DNA of 51,673 nucleotides from the IMG/VR virus record IMGVR_UViG_3300026051_000003, positions 1 to 51,673 of that record. One strand, 5' to 3'. Of this stretch, positions 8,201-17,117 are shown piece by piece (the first letter of the stretch is position 1; each line of letters opens with the position of its first letter). This stretch comes from a virus (lineage: Duplodnaviria > Caudoviricetes). The position numbers and the translations under genes are program-made. Under the pieces are notes generated by a model. The model made no database searches. It saw only the letters and a list, made by a program, of their open reading frames with translations, and was not told the origin of the DNA.

Positions 8201-9539
8201 TGAACTCGGCTTTGCGGCGAGATGAACGCCGGAAGCGCACGGGTTGCGTGGCGCCGGGGTCCTGGAATGTATCCAGCCACATCTTCTCGTTCGTGACCTG
8301 CTTCTGGGCGGCCAATATACGGCGGGACTGTTCCTCGGTGCGCGTGCCGGTTTGGGCAATCTGCTTGTCACCGATAGCGGTCATGCGCTTCAGGTAATTC
8401 TCTGCCTCCGCGCTTGCCTGGAGAGCATCTTCGTACCGACCAGTGCGCCGGGACACACGCAACGATGTCCGCAACGCTGTCTCGGCATTCAGCACGCGGG
8501 ACAATGGCGCCCCGGCCTTCGTCAGCATCGCCGGCACTTCACTGGCCCCGAACAACAGGTCCCCAAAGACTTCCGCGCCAGCCGACCCCATCGAAATCAT
8601 GGCCATCGATGCCTGCCCGAAATCACCGGCATCATCGAGTGTCTTGTAGATGCTGTCCACCATGCCGGGATTGCGGTAGTCAATCTGGCGCTCCACCACT
8701 TCCTGCCATTGCAGGTTCTCACCCAGCAGGCCCGGCAGATGCAGGACGTTTTGGTTCGCTGCCTGCAGGATTTCGGAGCCGGCTTCGTACTTGTCCCAGT
8801 CCGGCAAGGGCGTATTCATGGTGAGCTTGCTAAGGCCGATCATTCCCATGCCCTTGAGGCGCTGGCCGAATGTCCACCATGCAGCCGTTGTGCCGGTCGT
8901 GAACTGCCGGGCTTTACCCTCATGGTCTTCCAGCGTCAGGGTCGGCAACACTCTGGCCTCAAGTTCGGCCCGCTGCTCCTTGGGGACGAACAGCAGTTTC
9001 TGGGCCTTGTTCAGGAAGGCGAAGAAGTCCAGGGATGCGAGCCCGAATCCAACTTCACCTGCCCCCTTCGTAGCGAGTTTGCCGGCCGTCGAAGCAGAGA
9101 TGTCGTGGTAGAGGTCGCGCTTCCAGTCCCGCATGCCGGACATGCCCTCGATAGCTTCCGGGCCGGCCTCGTTTGCGAACTTGAGCAGGAAGTTGCGCAA
9201 CATGGAGGTTTCCTGCGGGTCGAAGGTCATGCCGTCCTTCTGCATGGACTCCAGTTGCTGTAGCGTTTCGTAGGCAGCAGCCCCGGATGCTTCAAAGCCG
9301 GGCCGCAGGACGTCGTAGAGCGCGCTGACGTCGAGGGTGCTGTCCGGCGCATTCAGGCCGCCCGGCGTCACCACGTTCTGGATGGTCATATCGTCGTAGC
9401 CCTGCTCCCGCAGCGTCCGCATTGTGTTGGCCTGCAACTCGTCATACGCAGGCGTTGTGAGGAACGTGTCCACGGGCGTCTTGCTCGGGGTCGTCGGCTT
9501 CCCGGACCATGTGAATTCACTGAGGTCGTACTGACCCAT
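5289..9539 (-). CDS. large internal virion (DNA ejection) protein
   Basis: 1416 aa, helical, Gly/Ala-rich hydrophobic hairpin, last of three post-tail genes. Confidence 0.7.
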   Translation of the reverse strand: MGQYDLSEFTWSGKPTTPSKTPVDTFLTTPAYDELQANTMRTLREQGYDDMTIQNVVTPGGLNAPDSTLDVSALYDVLRPGFEASGAAAYETLQQLESMQKDGMTFDPQETSMLRNFLLKFANEAGPEAIEGMSGMRDWKRDLYHDISASTAGKLATKGAGEVGFGLASLDFFAFLNKAQKLLFVPKEQRAELEARVLPTLTLEDHEGKARQFTTGTTAAWWTFGQRLKGMGMIGLSKLTMNTPLPDWDKYEAGSEILQAANQNVLHLPGLLGENLQWQEVVERQIDYRNPGMVDSIYKTLDDAGDFGQASMAMISMGSAGAEVFGDLLFGASEVPAMLTKAGAPLSRVLNAETALRTSLRVSRRTGRYEDALQASAEAENYLKRMTAIGDKQIAQTGTRTEEQSRRILAAQKQVTNEKMWLDTFQDPGATQPVRFRRSSRRKAEFIPEGDDAEILKQLSDDPVAVEELKATRRKELEADVEFSPIMVDEADAAARQLLGPTDSEQAGDGLAHMIRTGGIGLDDAVMSPQSAHYRIHPDVNLDLLHHDIRAHAVRGVAAEIGITGKNLGAARSRGDKPAIALLERKLDNLKATMKKLPDQEFAPYTDNILPAQQVPETSTPEGFTRWMDTFKDQLSETLYPGSFMLNQVWDTGVGQVFARAKEVLRFFDVYDPKTSEMLRGSYLRMERDTKAFNSISYDVLNRAGILKQRSKWNPKVHFKPHTIDDTRSTQLYDLLNTKMSDPAWGQLASKADKELLRAHDEIRTLMDHAAKLQGLSEDTGYLEGYIRHIVTKDMFSGGARPWEGIGMPAKAEVFVGHLLERKGAQTEKDLVLALDMYGRFMYRKIYLEPAFESVLAAGERLSATTGKAMFAGFAQDTVNHLKGKPSFVGAKMDEFLADRGPASAAMGAIAGGAVGGAMGGAPGAAVGAAVGGALGKGAAMARKAWSPTQIDRALTGLSGMIWAGTLAGNPRYTLMQMASAVATTSSRYGLFRTSKALWQMATPEGQAMAKQIGVYQSFVDILESPAMKQFSGMMTKMPSITPIGLVGPSTAKTEFMVRGMSALAAMDMYLTKAGFATFEEAVAAGFGKRILFESLRGAEETNHMYGALGRSPVLSSFLPKGAVVSGTQFLSFIPKQTEELLSQFHRNPGALAQYLMLSGWMSRVAAQEYGIDLTSYTGLGYLPERGDDLTSPGIDAMMSFYGMLSAMNSHDPEAATAAHAKFLETMDNMVPLMVAWETAGKSWNALREGEQRDTRGALERPLDFRESISLPLQQGDFQQALQNLPGAVRPEGLPGSMGGELLPTMFGQRSIRDELHRRGKSAIMAQQRARVFQLEEALKGMTDAYIEGDVDKIMEARDHFNELVIRDDLRIGSSDPKEVAREAYAISWDLRYRKRNSKYEDLIVEEMDRVGIQTP

Positions 9540-11059
9540 TACTTGCCTCGCTTCGCGGCATCAGCCCGCAGCTCGTCAAGGGCGCGGATCATTTCGTCCC
9601 GGATCGCCTGATCCAGCTTGGCGCGATCCAGCGTGCCATCCGGGCTCACCGGCACTTTCGCCTTCGCTGCCGCAATCGCTTTTGAGGCCAGGTTGCGATA
9701 GTTGGCGGCCACGTACCCAGGCACCTGCGCCGCGAACGTGCTGGACAGTGCATCGATTTGCTGCAAAGTCCATGTTGCATCGCTGTCCTTGGCCTGCTGC
9801 TTGATGGCGTTGTACTCATCCAGCGCCGTCTTGTTCTGGTTCGCCCGCAGCTCCTCTACCGTGATGCCCATCTTCTCCGCGTCGCGCTTCTCCATTTGCA
9901 GGGTAATCGCATCATCCCGCTGCACAACGTTTTGCCGTACGCGGTACAGCGCCTCGAACTCGGACATATCCTGCACCCCGAGGGACTTCTTGAGGGCTTC
10001 CCCGCTGACAGCCCCGTACTGGTTGCCGGAATCGATGGCGGCCGTGATGATGGCTCGCGTCGAGGCCCGGGAATCCCCCTTGGTCTCGGTGCGGATGCGC
10101 AGCACTTCGTCCGCATTCTCGGGGTCCAACTCCCACTGCGTCACGTAGTCCATGACCTGCATGCGCTGTGCGGTTTCCGTGTCGCCGGCGGTTTTCTGGG
10201 GTGCTTGCAGATGGCGCATGACTTCCGGGTCGAAGGGGCTGAGAGCGTTGCCATCAGCGTCCTTGTTCTCAAGCGCGTACAGGTGGGCATCCCGGGCACT
10301 GATGCCAAAGGTGTCCCGGTAGGATTTCCAGACGTCCCACTCGTTGTTCGCGGCCACGGCCCGTGAGTAGGCGTTGAGTGTGTCCGTGTCGAGGTCCCGC
10401 ACGCCCAGTTGCTTCATCAGCCCGCCAATCATCACGCGCGCACTTTCGACATCCGGGGCGTTCTCGATGTGGTCCACCAGAAACTTGGTGGTCGTCTTCC
10501 AGTTCTCGTCGCGCTGGTTGAGGGCGCGGCGCGTGCTGGTGAAGAGCGGCAAGGCTGTGGAGCCGGTCGCAAACCAGCCCAGCACGGCGGGGTCCGGCTG
10601 CGAACCATCTGGCCCCTGGAAGGCTTCGGGGTTCGTGTTGAAGATGTTGGCAACGCGCTCATGCACCTTGTCCACCCGGTCCAGGGCGTCGTCGCGTTCT
10701 TTCTGGAGCTTCTCGATGGCTGAAGCTTTCGTCTGCTCCGCGGCCGCCTGCTTTGCCTGCAAGCCTTGCAAGCCACCAAGCCCGAAGGCCGCGGCACCTT
10801 CCGCGCCCCCACCGCCGGCTCCCACGCCAAGTGTGCCGAGGGCCAGAGCCAGTCCCGCGGGCGACAGCAATTGCTGCAGCAACCCCGGCGTCTGCATTCC
10901 CTGCACCTGCTGGATTTGCCCGGCAGCGGTGTTCGCCTGCTGCTGCGCCGGCAGTGCGCTGGCCAGCAAGTCCTGGAGACTCATGCCGCCCTGCAGACTG
11001 CCTGTTGCATTACTCATCGAAGGAGTCGTTACACCCAAATCGCTTAGGTTTTGCGGCAT
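9539..11059 (-). CDS. internal virion/ejection protein
   Basis: Gln/Ala-rich N-terminus with Gly-rich hydrophobic segment; synteny. Confidence 0.65.
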   Translation of the reverse strand: MPQNLSDLGVTTPSMSNATGSLQGGMSLQDLLASALPAQQQANTAAGQIQQVQGMQTPGLLQQLLSPAGLALALGTLGVGAGGGGAEGAAAFGLGGLQGLQAKQAAAEQTKASAIEKLQKERDDALDRVDKVHERVANIFNTNPEAFQGPDGSQPDPAVLGWFATGSTALPLFTSTRRALNQRDENWKTTTKFLVDHIENAPDVESARVMIGGLMKQLGVRDLDTDTLNAYSRAVAANNEWDVWKSYRDTFGISARDAHLYALENKDADGNALSPFDPEVMRHLQAPQKTAGDTETAQRMQVMDYVTQWELDPENADEVLRIRTETKGDSRASTRAIITAAIDSGNQYGAVSGEALKKSLGVQDMSEFEALYRVRQNVVQRDDAITLQMEKRDAEKMGITVEELRANQNKTALDEYNAIKQQAKDSDATWTLQQIDALSSTFAAQVPGYVAANYRNLASKAIAAAKAKVPVSPDGTLDRAKLDQAIRDEMIRALDELRADAAKRGK

Positions 11060-11784
11060 TACAGTCCTATCATCGGCAGGCCGCCGGCCATGCCCATTAT
11101 GCTATTTGTTGCCTTCATGCCAGACATTTGCTCAGTACCGGACAATTGCGGGCCGCCATTCAAGAGCCCCGGCAACGAAAAGCTTGTAGCTAGTTGGCCG
11201 AGTTGCACCAGATCGCTCAACCCAAAGCCCGAGGACTTCGTGGTGTTCGTTGTCGTCGGCTGCGCCATGCGTTCCGCGGACAACACGTTGAGCGCACCGC
11301 CGCCGGCATTCAGGATGTTACTGAACAGTTGCTGGTTGGCACTCAGCTGCACCTGCGCACGCTGGAAGGGTAGTTGCATCAGCGCCTCGCCGCCCTGTTG
11401 CTGGGCGCCCAGTATCGACTGGTTGATGCCCTGCTGCGTGCCGAGTTGGTTCAGGAGAGTCTGCAGCACTTCGCTGCTGGACCCGCTGACACCGCGGCTG
11501 CTGAGTTGCTCCCGGCCCTGCGCACCCAGCAGGTTGCCCTGCATGCCGAGTTGGCTCTGCGCCATCTGCGCGGCCCGCATGATGGATTGCTGGATGAGTT
11601 CCTGATCCGCGCCAGAAGGGCCGCCTACCTGTCCGCCAGCCAGGGCGCCAAGGTTGCCGAGTTGGCCCGCACTTTGCGAGGCCAGTCGCTGCAGCAATTG
11701 CAGCAAACTGGATTCCGCCCCCTCACGGCCCGGCAACGTGGTGGTGCTGGTTTGAGTTGTCGTCTTGCCGCTAAACAGTCCCAT
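11059..11784 (-). CDS. pilot/ejection protein
   Basis: MGLFSG start, Gln/Gly/Ser-rich; synteny. Confidence 0.65.
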   Translation of the reverse strand: MGLFSGKTTTQTSTTTLPGREGAESSLLQLLQRLASQSAGQLGNLGALAGGQVGGPSGADQELIQQSIMRAAQMAQSQLGMQGNLLGAQGREQLSSRGVSGSSSEVLQTLLNQLGTQQGINQSILGAQQQGGEALMQLPFQRAQVQLSANQQLFSNILNAGGGALNVLSAERMAQPTTTNTTKSSGFGLSDLVQLGQLATSFSLPGLLNGGPQLSGTEQMSGMKATNSIMGMAGGLPMIGL

Positions 11785-13388
11785 TATACGCCTCCAATTA
11801 GGTCAACAATGACCCCTTGTACTTCAATTGTGTTTGCGGCTGAATCTGTATCCGTAACGTCGATGGTAATCTCCACATCCTGCTCCCAATCAACAGTAAG
11901 TAGCGGACTCGCATTACCACTGCCATTGGCACCGGCGGTCGTACTATGCAGCATATGGTTGACTTCGGTGTTGTTTGCACCGCTAGTAGCGGCCGGGAAG
12001 ATGTAGTAGTACGCGGTGCCGCCCCCTGTCGCCGTCACGCCAATACCCGTCATCGCAACGCCTTCCAATTCAGGGTGCGCAGCCAGTGTGCCGGACGCTA
12101 CGTCCCACTGCCAGTGAAGGGTAATTCGCAGCATGTCCCCAACCCGCACCGTATTCTTCGGCACAGTCACGGAAAATCCAGACAAGGTGCCAGTTGCTGT
12201 CGTCGAATGGGATGCTGTGTCAATGTTGGCAATTCGTCCGCGCTGGGCGACGTCGGCCACGTAATTTGCGCCCCCGCCCGCTGCCCCGAAGATATTCGTT
12301 GTGCCGATCACAACATTGTCACTGCCAGTAGTATCCAGTCCATTGGCGGCAGAAGCCGGTGTCGGGCAGTAGAAGGTGTCGATCATACCGCCGCTGGCCG
12401 CGACATTCATCCCGTCCGCGCCGGCGCTGATAGCCTTGCAGCCACTGGACAGCACATCCTTGAGCAGCTTGCTAGCGGCGCCCAACTCGAAGGAATCCCC
12501 GGTTGCGCCGATGACGGTGCAGTTGTCCACTGAGATGCGGGACCAGAGTGCGTTCGCGGTTGCCGATGCGCCCAGGATCGAGATGCCCTTGCCGGTCGGA
12601 GAATCAATCATGGCGCCGTTGATCGTGATGTCCTGCAGGTACGCGGCTGCTGTGGCAGGCTCCATCAGGATGGCTCCGGCCCCGGCACTGATCGACTCGA
12701 AATTCGTGATGGAGAGGTTCTGGACGTCCGCAACTGAGAGATGCGCGCCGCCGGAGCCGCCCGATACGCGGGTGTTCTGGATGCGGACATTGGACGAACT
12801 GTTGCTGGGTGTGCCGTCATGCGTGATGGCGATGGCATTTCCGACCACGTTGTAGATGTACATGTCCGCGATGGTGACGCGCGTGTTGCGCTGCAACTTG
12901 ATAGCGTTCACCCCGGACCCTGTGGAGTTGCCGTCAATTGCGAAGTTGATGAAGGCCAGATCGTCGTACTGGCTGGTGCCGCATGCGAAGATCGGCCCGT
13001 TGCCGCTGGACAACTGCACGATGCTGGATGGCCCGCAGCCCATGATGACAACCTTGTCGGAGTCGATGGTGACGCCGGTGGTCGTGATCGTTGTGTCGGG
13101 GGGCAGCAGCACCAGGCCACCGCCTGCATCAACCGCAGCGTCTATTGCATCCTGCAACTGGGTAGAGCCGCTGTATTCGCCGGCATTGATGATATTCCAG
13201 AAGGACTTCAGGCCGTCGATTGTGTACGACGTGCCGGTGAAGTCGATATTGCCCCCGACCAGCAAGGGCCACGCAATGTCCGCGGTTTGCGCGGAGTATC
13301 CGTTCAGTGCCGCCGTCAGGGCATTGAGCTGCGCGGCAGTTAGCCCTTGCTTGGCAACAAAGGTGGGAAGGTTGATAAATCCACTCAT
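11784..13388 (-). CDS. tail spike with pectin-lyase-like beta-helix
   Basis: N-terminal LTAAQLN anchor, LQDAIDAA..GGG.VLLP, parallel beta-helix repeats. Confidence 0.8.
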   Translation of the reverse strand: MSGFINLPTFVAKQGLTAAQLNALTAALNGYSAQTADIAWPLLVGGNIDFTGTSYTIDGLKSFWNIINAGEYSGSTQLQDAIDAAVDAGGGLVLLPPDTTITTTGVTIDSDKVVIMGCGPSSIVQLSSGNGPIFACGTSQYDDLAFINFAIDGNSTGSGVNAIKLQRNTRVTIADMYIYNVVGNAIAITHDGTPSNSSSNVRIQNTRVSGGSGGAHLSVADVQNLSITNFESISAGAGAILMEPATAAAYLQDITINGAMIDSPTGKGISILGASATANALWSRISVDNCTVIGATGDSFELGAASKLLKDVLSSGCKAISAGADGMNVAASGGMIDTFYCPTPASAANGLDTTGSDNVVIGTTNIFGAAGGGANYVADVAQRGRIANIDTASHSTTATGTLSGFSVTVPKNTVRVGDMLRITLHWQWDVASGTLAAHPELEGVAMTGIGVTATGGGTAYYYIFPAATSGANNTEVNHMLHSTTAGANGSGNASPLLTVDWEQDVEITIDVTDTDSAANTIEVQGVIVDLIGGV

Positions 13389-15655
13389 TAGCTTTCAGCC
13401 TCGTATCCGTTTACAGTGCCCTCGATTTCCATGCCTTGTATCAAAAAGTCCTCATCCAGCGTGCTCTGGGTGATGCTGACCGTCAGGCTGCGCCCACGCT
13501 TGTCCAGAGGGATTTCGGCCACCATCAGTTCTCCCCCGGTGCGCAGCAAGTTCGAGGGCTCGATGTCGAGTTTCAAGTCCTTGTCGATCACGTACATCGG
13601 TACCGTGTACATGTTTTGCTGGCGAGTTGTCGTGCCGGACACGATGTCCTCGTCGGTCCACCACGTCACCGCGTACTCCCAGTGCCCCCGCGGTAGCAAG
13701 AACAAGCGCAGCGTCTTCCATGTTTTCTGCAAACTGATGTAGGCCGGGTTCAGGGACCGTCCGTTCATGGCACTGGTCTGCATCTCGAAGTCGATGGCGC
13801 TGCTGGTGTAGTCGCTGAGCGTCAGGGCGTTCAGGTAGCCGACCTGCCCGCTGCTGCCGCCGACCATGACAACCTCCGTCACGGGGCTTGCCACTTCAGC
13901 CACCACCAATGCTTGCGCGTCAATTTCCCACGGCCCGTAGAATTTCTGGGTCGTGGTGTTGAAGACATAGATGTTCTGGGCGCTTTGATCGCCAGCCAGC
14001 GGCACCGCGATGTAGACTGCCGTGGAGCGCGGGCTGTGGACCAGCCGCGACTCGCCGATGTAGGTCTGGTTGATGGTGTTGGGCGAACTGTCGCTGGGTG
14101 CCCACAAGTCCTGAATCGGCAGACTCGGGAAGTTGGCCTGCAAGTCCCCGAATTGATCAGTAGCGGCCAGTGACACGAGGCCCTGCGTGCCGATGCCCCA
14201 GGCATCGTTGCCGACCTGTGTGAAGGACCGGGCGTTCGAGATGCCAGTGCCTACTTTCAGGCCACTCAACTGGTAGCTGAAGGGGCCGTTGCCGGCCAGT
14301 TTCCAGAAGCCTTCCTTGCCGGCCAGCACAGCTAGTCCGTAGAAGTCGCCCAGTGCGGCCCGCACTTCGACGCCCCGGGAATCAATCTCGATGTAGCCAG
14401 CATCGATCAGGGTGTCGAATTCATCCTCAGTGTTCGTGGGGGTCGGCGAGAACCACACATTCGGGAGGCGATCCCCGGAGTAATAGAAGCGCCGCGGGTT
14501 TGCGATGTCGCCCCAGCCGCACAGACGTTTCTGGTGCTCCGTCAGGTAGCGCACGGGCGGTGCATCGTCCAGCAAGGTAGGCGCCGCAATGCCGTCCCAT
14601 TGCCATACGGAAACCTGGGTAGCGCCGTTGTTGTCCGACCAGCACACGGTGCTGCGGTACGGCGCGAAGTACACTTGGGAACGCTGCTTGGGGTGTAAGG
14701 GGCGCCATGCACGATCCAGATTCTTGTCGTGGTAGATGTAGTTGCCGGCCGCGGCCAGCAGCACCCGCACTTTCGCGCCGGAGTTCGTGACGTACTGGAA
14801 GTCCTGGAGAGCGACGATAGTGTCCGCCGTGAAGGGGTCCGTGGCCGTGTCGTTGTACTGCAGCCCGGATATGTAGGTCGTGTACTGCGTGCCTGCGGCG
14901 GCAGTTCCTTCGACTTCCCACTCCAGTTCGTAGGCGGAGTTCGCGGTCGTGAAACTCGCAGTGTCGAGAGTGCTGGTCGTGAGGGTGCTCAGCAGCACTT
15001 CATCCACATACACCAGTGTGCTGCCGCCCACGGTGCATTGGATTTCGATGCTGTGCCAACTGCCCACGCCGACAAACTCACTGCCATCAATCAGCACGTA
15101 CTTGTTGTCCGAGGCCTGTTTGTAGTACAGCCCCCCACTCCAGATGCCAAATTCTTTGCCGGAGCCGCTGGCCCCTTGCGCCCGCACCACAAAGCTGTTG
15201 GCATTGGTGGTGCTGCCATAGGCCGGCAGATTGGTGCCGCGGAACATGAAGCGCAGCGACCACTTTGTGTTGGCGCTGAGCGTGACGACGCGACTTTCCG
15301 TGAAGGTTTTATTCGAGTCCCCGGCCGGCACACTGGTCGTCAGGACACCATTCGCGGTCGTGTCGGTGATGAGGCCACTGCTGGCGTCATTCTGGGTCAG
15401 CGTATTAGTGCTGATGAAGCTCTGGAAATCAGTCTGCGTGCTGTCCGTCGCTCCGACGTCCGGGGACTTGATGGTCTGCCCCCATTGCGTGATGCCGGGC
15501 CGTTTCCGCAGCATGCCGTCCAGGTCCGTGCCGACATTGCGCGCCACCCGCAACTCGGATTCCGGCATGGTAGTTTCCTGCCCGGCCGTGGACAGCCCCG
15601 GACGCCATGGCATCAGGGACAATCGAAAGTCTCGTACTTCGCGTTTAGTAGCCAT
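13388..15655 (-). CDS. tail nozzle (tubular protein B / P22 gp10-like) with inserted LamG-like domain
   Basis: ARNV..DLDG.LRKRPG N-terminus; insert with WHSIEI...VYVDE; position after adaptor. Confidence 0.75.
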   Translation of the reverse strand: MATKREVRDFRLSLMPWRPGLSTAGQETTMPESELRVARNVGTDLDGMLRKRPGITQWGQTIKSPDVGATDSTQTDFQSFISTNTLTQNDASSGLITDTTANGVLTTSVPAGDSNKTFTESRVVTLSANTKWSLRFMFRGTNLPAYGSTTNANSFVVRAQGASGSGKEFGIWSGGLYYKQASDNKYVLIDGSEFVGVGSWHSIEIQCTVGGSTLVYVDEVLLSTLTTSTLDTASFTTANSAYELEWEVEGTAAAGTQYTTYISGLQYNDTATDPFTADTIVALQDFQYVTNSGAKVRVLLAAAGNYIYHDKNLDRAWRPLHPKQRSQVYFAPYRSTVCWSDNNGATQVSVWQWDGIAAPTLLDDAPPVRYLTEHQKRLCGWGDIANPRRFYYSGDRLPNVWFSPTPTNTEDEFDTLIDAGYIEIDSRGVEVRAALGDFYGLAVLAGKEGFWKLAGNGPFSYQLSGLKVGTGISNARSFTQVGNDAWGIGTQGLVSLAATDQFGDLQANFPSLPIQDLWAPSDSSPNTINQTYIGESRLVHSPRSTAVYIAVPLAGDQSAQNIYVFNTTTQKFYGPWEIDAQALVVAEVASPVTEVVMVGGSSGQVGYLNALTLSDYTSSAIDFEMQTSAMNGRSLNPAYISLQKTWKTLRLFLLPRGHWEYAVTWWTDEDIVSGTTTRQQNMYTVPMYVIDKDLKLDIEPSNLLRTGGELMVAEIPLDKRGRSLTVSITQSTLDEDFLIQGMEIEGTVNGYEAES

Positions 15656-16668
15656 TAGAGTCCGTGCAATTCCCCAGTGTCAAACGCATCGCCCCAATCA
15701 ATGTTGACAGTCGGCAATCCGTAGGCCACACGCATCGAGCGCCGCACACTGTTGCCGGGCTCCATCACTGGGCGGGACTCCGTGACGCCGGCATTGGATT
15801 GCTGCAGGTTATGCCCGCGCAGCACATCCTGGAGAATGGTCTGCATCTTGGCGCTGTCCTCGTAATCACGCAATGCAAGCTGGACCAGGACGTCGATTAA
15901 GACTCCCAGATATGAGTGAGGGTAGAGGATTTGATCCTGGTCCGAATCGATCACCGGATGGCGCTTCTGGTACTCATACTGGAGCATGCGAGCGTTTTCC
16001 GGAAAGGGGTCGAAATGCACGACCTGCCGGCCGTTTTGCAGGCCGTAGATCGTGAAGATGTCCGGGTCCGCCAGCAGGATGCCGGAGCGTTCGCGGCGCC
16101 TGTCCCGGAACTGGTTCGGGGTGCGCGGCTTGATCTTGTACGGCGCAAAGGCATTCTGCCAGTCGTCCACGGGGCGCCCGAAATCCTCCGGCAATGCATA
16201 ACGGTCCATCGCCATCGTGAAGCCGATCTCGTCCGAGGCCGCAACACTATCGTTGACCCATGCGCGGTTCAGGGTGATGGAACTGGTGGACGGCACGGTA
16301 GCCACACGGTAGATATACTCGTCGCCGCTAGCCTGGAACGCCCAACCGATGTGGGCCTCCGTGAAGCCGGTGTAGTTCGACACGGTGATGGTCTTGCTGT
16401 TTTGCGTGGCCGTGATGAACTGGCCGTCATCAGTCGAAGCGTCGTCGTCCGGGTCGGCGCTGCTCTGCACGGCCGCCACCATCACGATTGTTGCTTCCTC
16501 GCGCAGGAGAGGCCAATCGTTGTACGCACCGAGGGACTCCAGCACACGGTTCAGCAGGCGCAGCAACTTGCGGTGTTCCGCCAGCGGCTGGACTTCCTCC
16601 AGCGTCGTGAACTGCGGCCAGCTCAGGCGGTCAGCGACTTCGTTCAGTAGGTCAAGGGCGGCAATCAT
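15655..16668 (-). CDS. head-tail adaptor (tubular protein A-like) with inserted beta domain
   Basis: LDLLNEVADRL N-terminus, DWP.L, YALPEDF, FDPFP. Confidence 0.75.
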   Translation of the reverse strand: MIAALDLLNEVADRLSWPQFTTLEEVQPLAEHRKLLRLLNRVLESLGAYNDWPLLREEATIVMVAAVQSSADPDDDASTDDGQFITATQNSKTITVSNYTGFTEAHIGWAFQASGDEYIYRVATVPSTSSITLNRAWVNDSVAASDEIGFTMAMDRYALPEDFGRPVDDWQNAFAPYKIKPRTPNQFRDRRRERSGILLADPDIFTIYGLQNGRQVVHFDPFPENARMLQYEYQKRHPVIDSDQDQILYPHSYLGVLIDVLVQLALRDYEDSAKMQTILQDVLRGHNLQQSNAGVTESRPVMEPGNSVRRSMRVAYGLPTVNIDWGDAFDTGELHGL

Positions 16669-17117
16669 TACGCAACTTTCTGGGCAGACAGCGACAAGTT
16701 AATGGCGCTGCCACCGTTCTTCGTGTAGGTCCATGCCAGGCCATACGGCAGAAAGACGGGACCCGGGCCAGTCGTAGAAGCCGCGACAGCCAATGGGCCA
16801 AAAGTGGCCAGAAGGGCCGTCTGGGCAAGTTCCAAGTCTATCGCTGCAGCCAGCCCCGTATCCGTTGTCAGCCCGCCCGGCACTGAAGTGCTGGCGGTTT
16901 GCGCCGCATTGGTATACGCGGCAAGCGCGAATGTCGGGTCCGTAGAGGCGGCTGTTTGCGTGCCCCAGACGGATAGGTAGTAGAGCCCAGGTGGCAACTG
17001 TATGGTGCCGGTACTCGTGGCACCAGATGGAACCGCCGTAATGAAGTCAGTGATGTGAAAAATCTCTGCACCGCTTTTAAGCTGCTGGACATTTTTCAGG
17101 TTGTTGGAAGAAGCCAT
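16668..17117 (-). CDS. virion structural beta-sandwich protein
   Basis: Thr/Ala-rich 149 aa in structural operon; TAATG coupling. Confidence 0.6.
   Translation of the reverse strand: MASSNNLKNVQQLKSGAEIFHITDFITAVPSGATSTGTIQLPPGLYYLSVWGTQTAASTDPTFALAAYTNAAQTASTSVPGGLTTDTGLAAAIDLELAQTALLATFGPLAVAASTTGPGPVFLPYGLAWTYTKNGGSAINLSLSAQKVA

Noticed and set aside
5289-9539. Possible virion RNA polymerase or lytic domain in the 1416-aa protein
   Set aside because: No DxDGD or other catalytic motif recognised
5460-15658. Long plus-strand ORFs antisense to structural genes (e.g. 6504-8225)
   Set aside because: Shadow ORFs expected from high GC3 codon bias; no protein-like motifs
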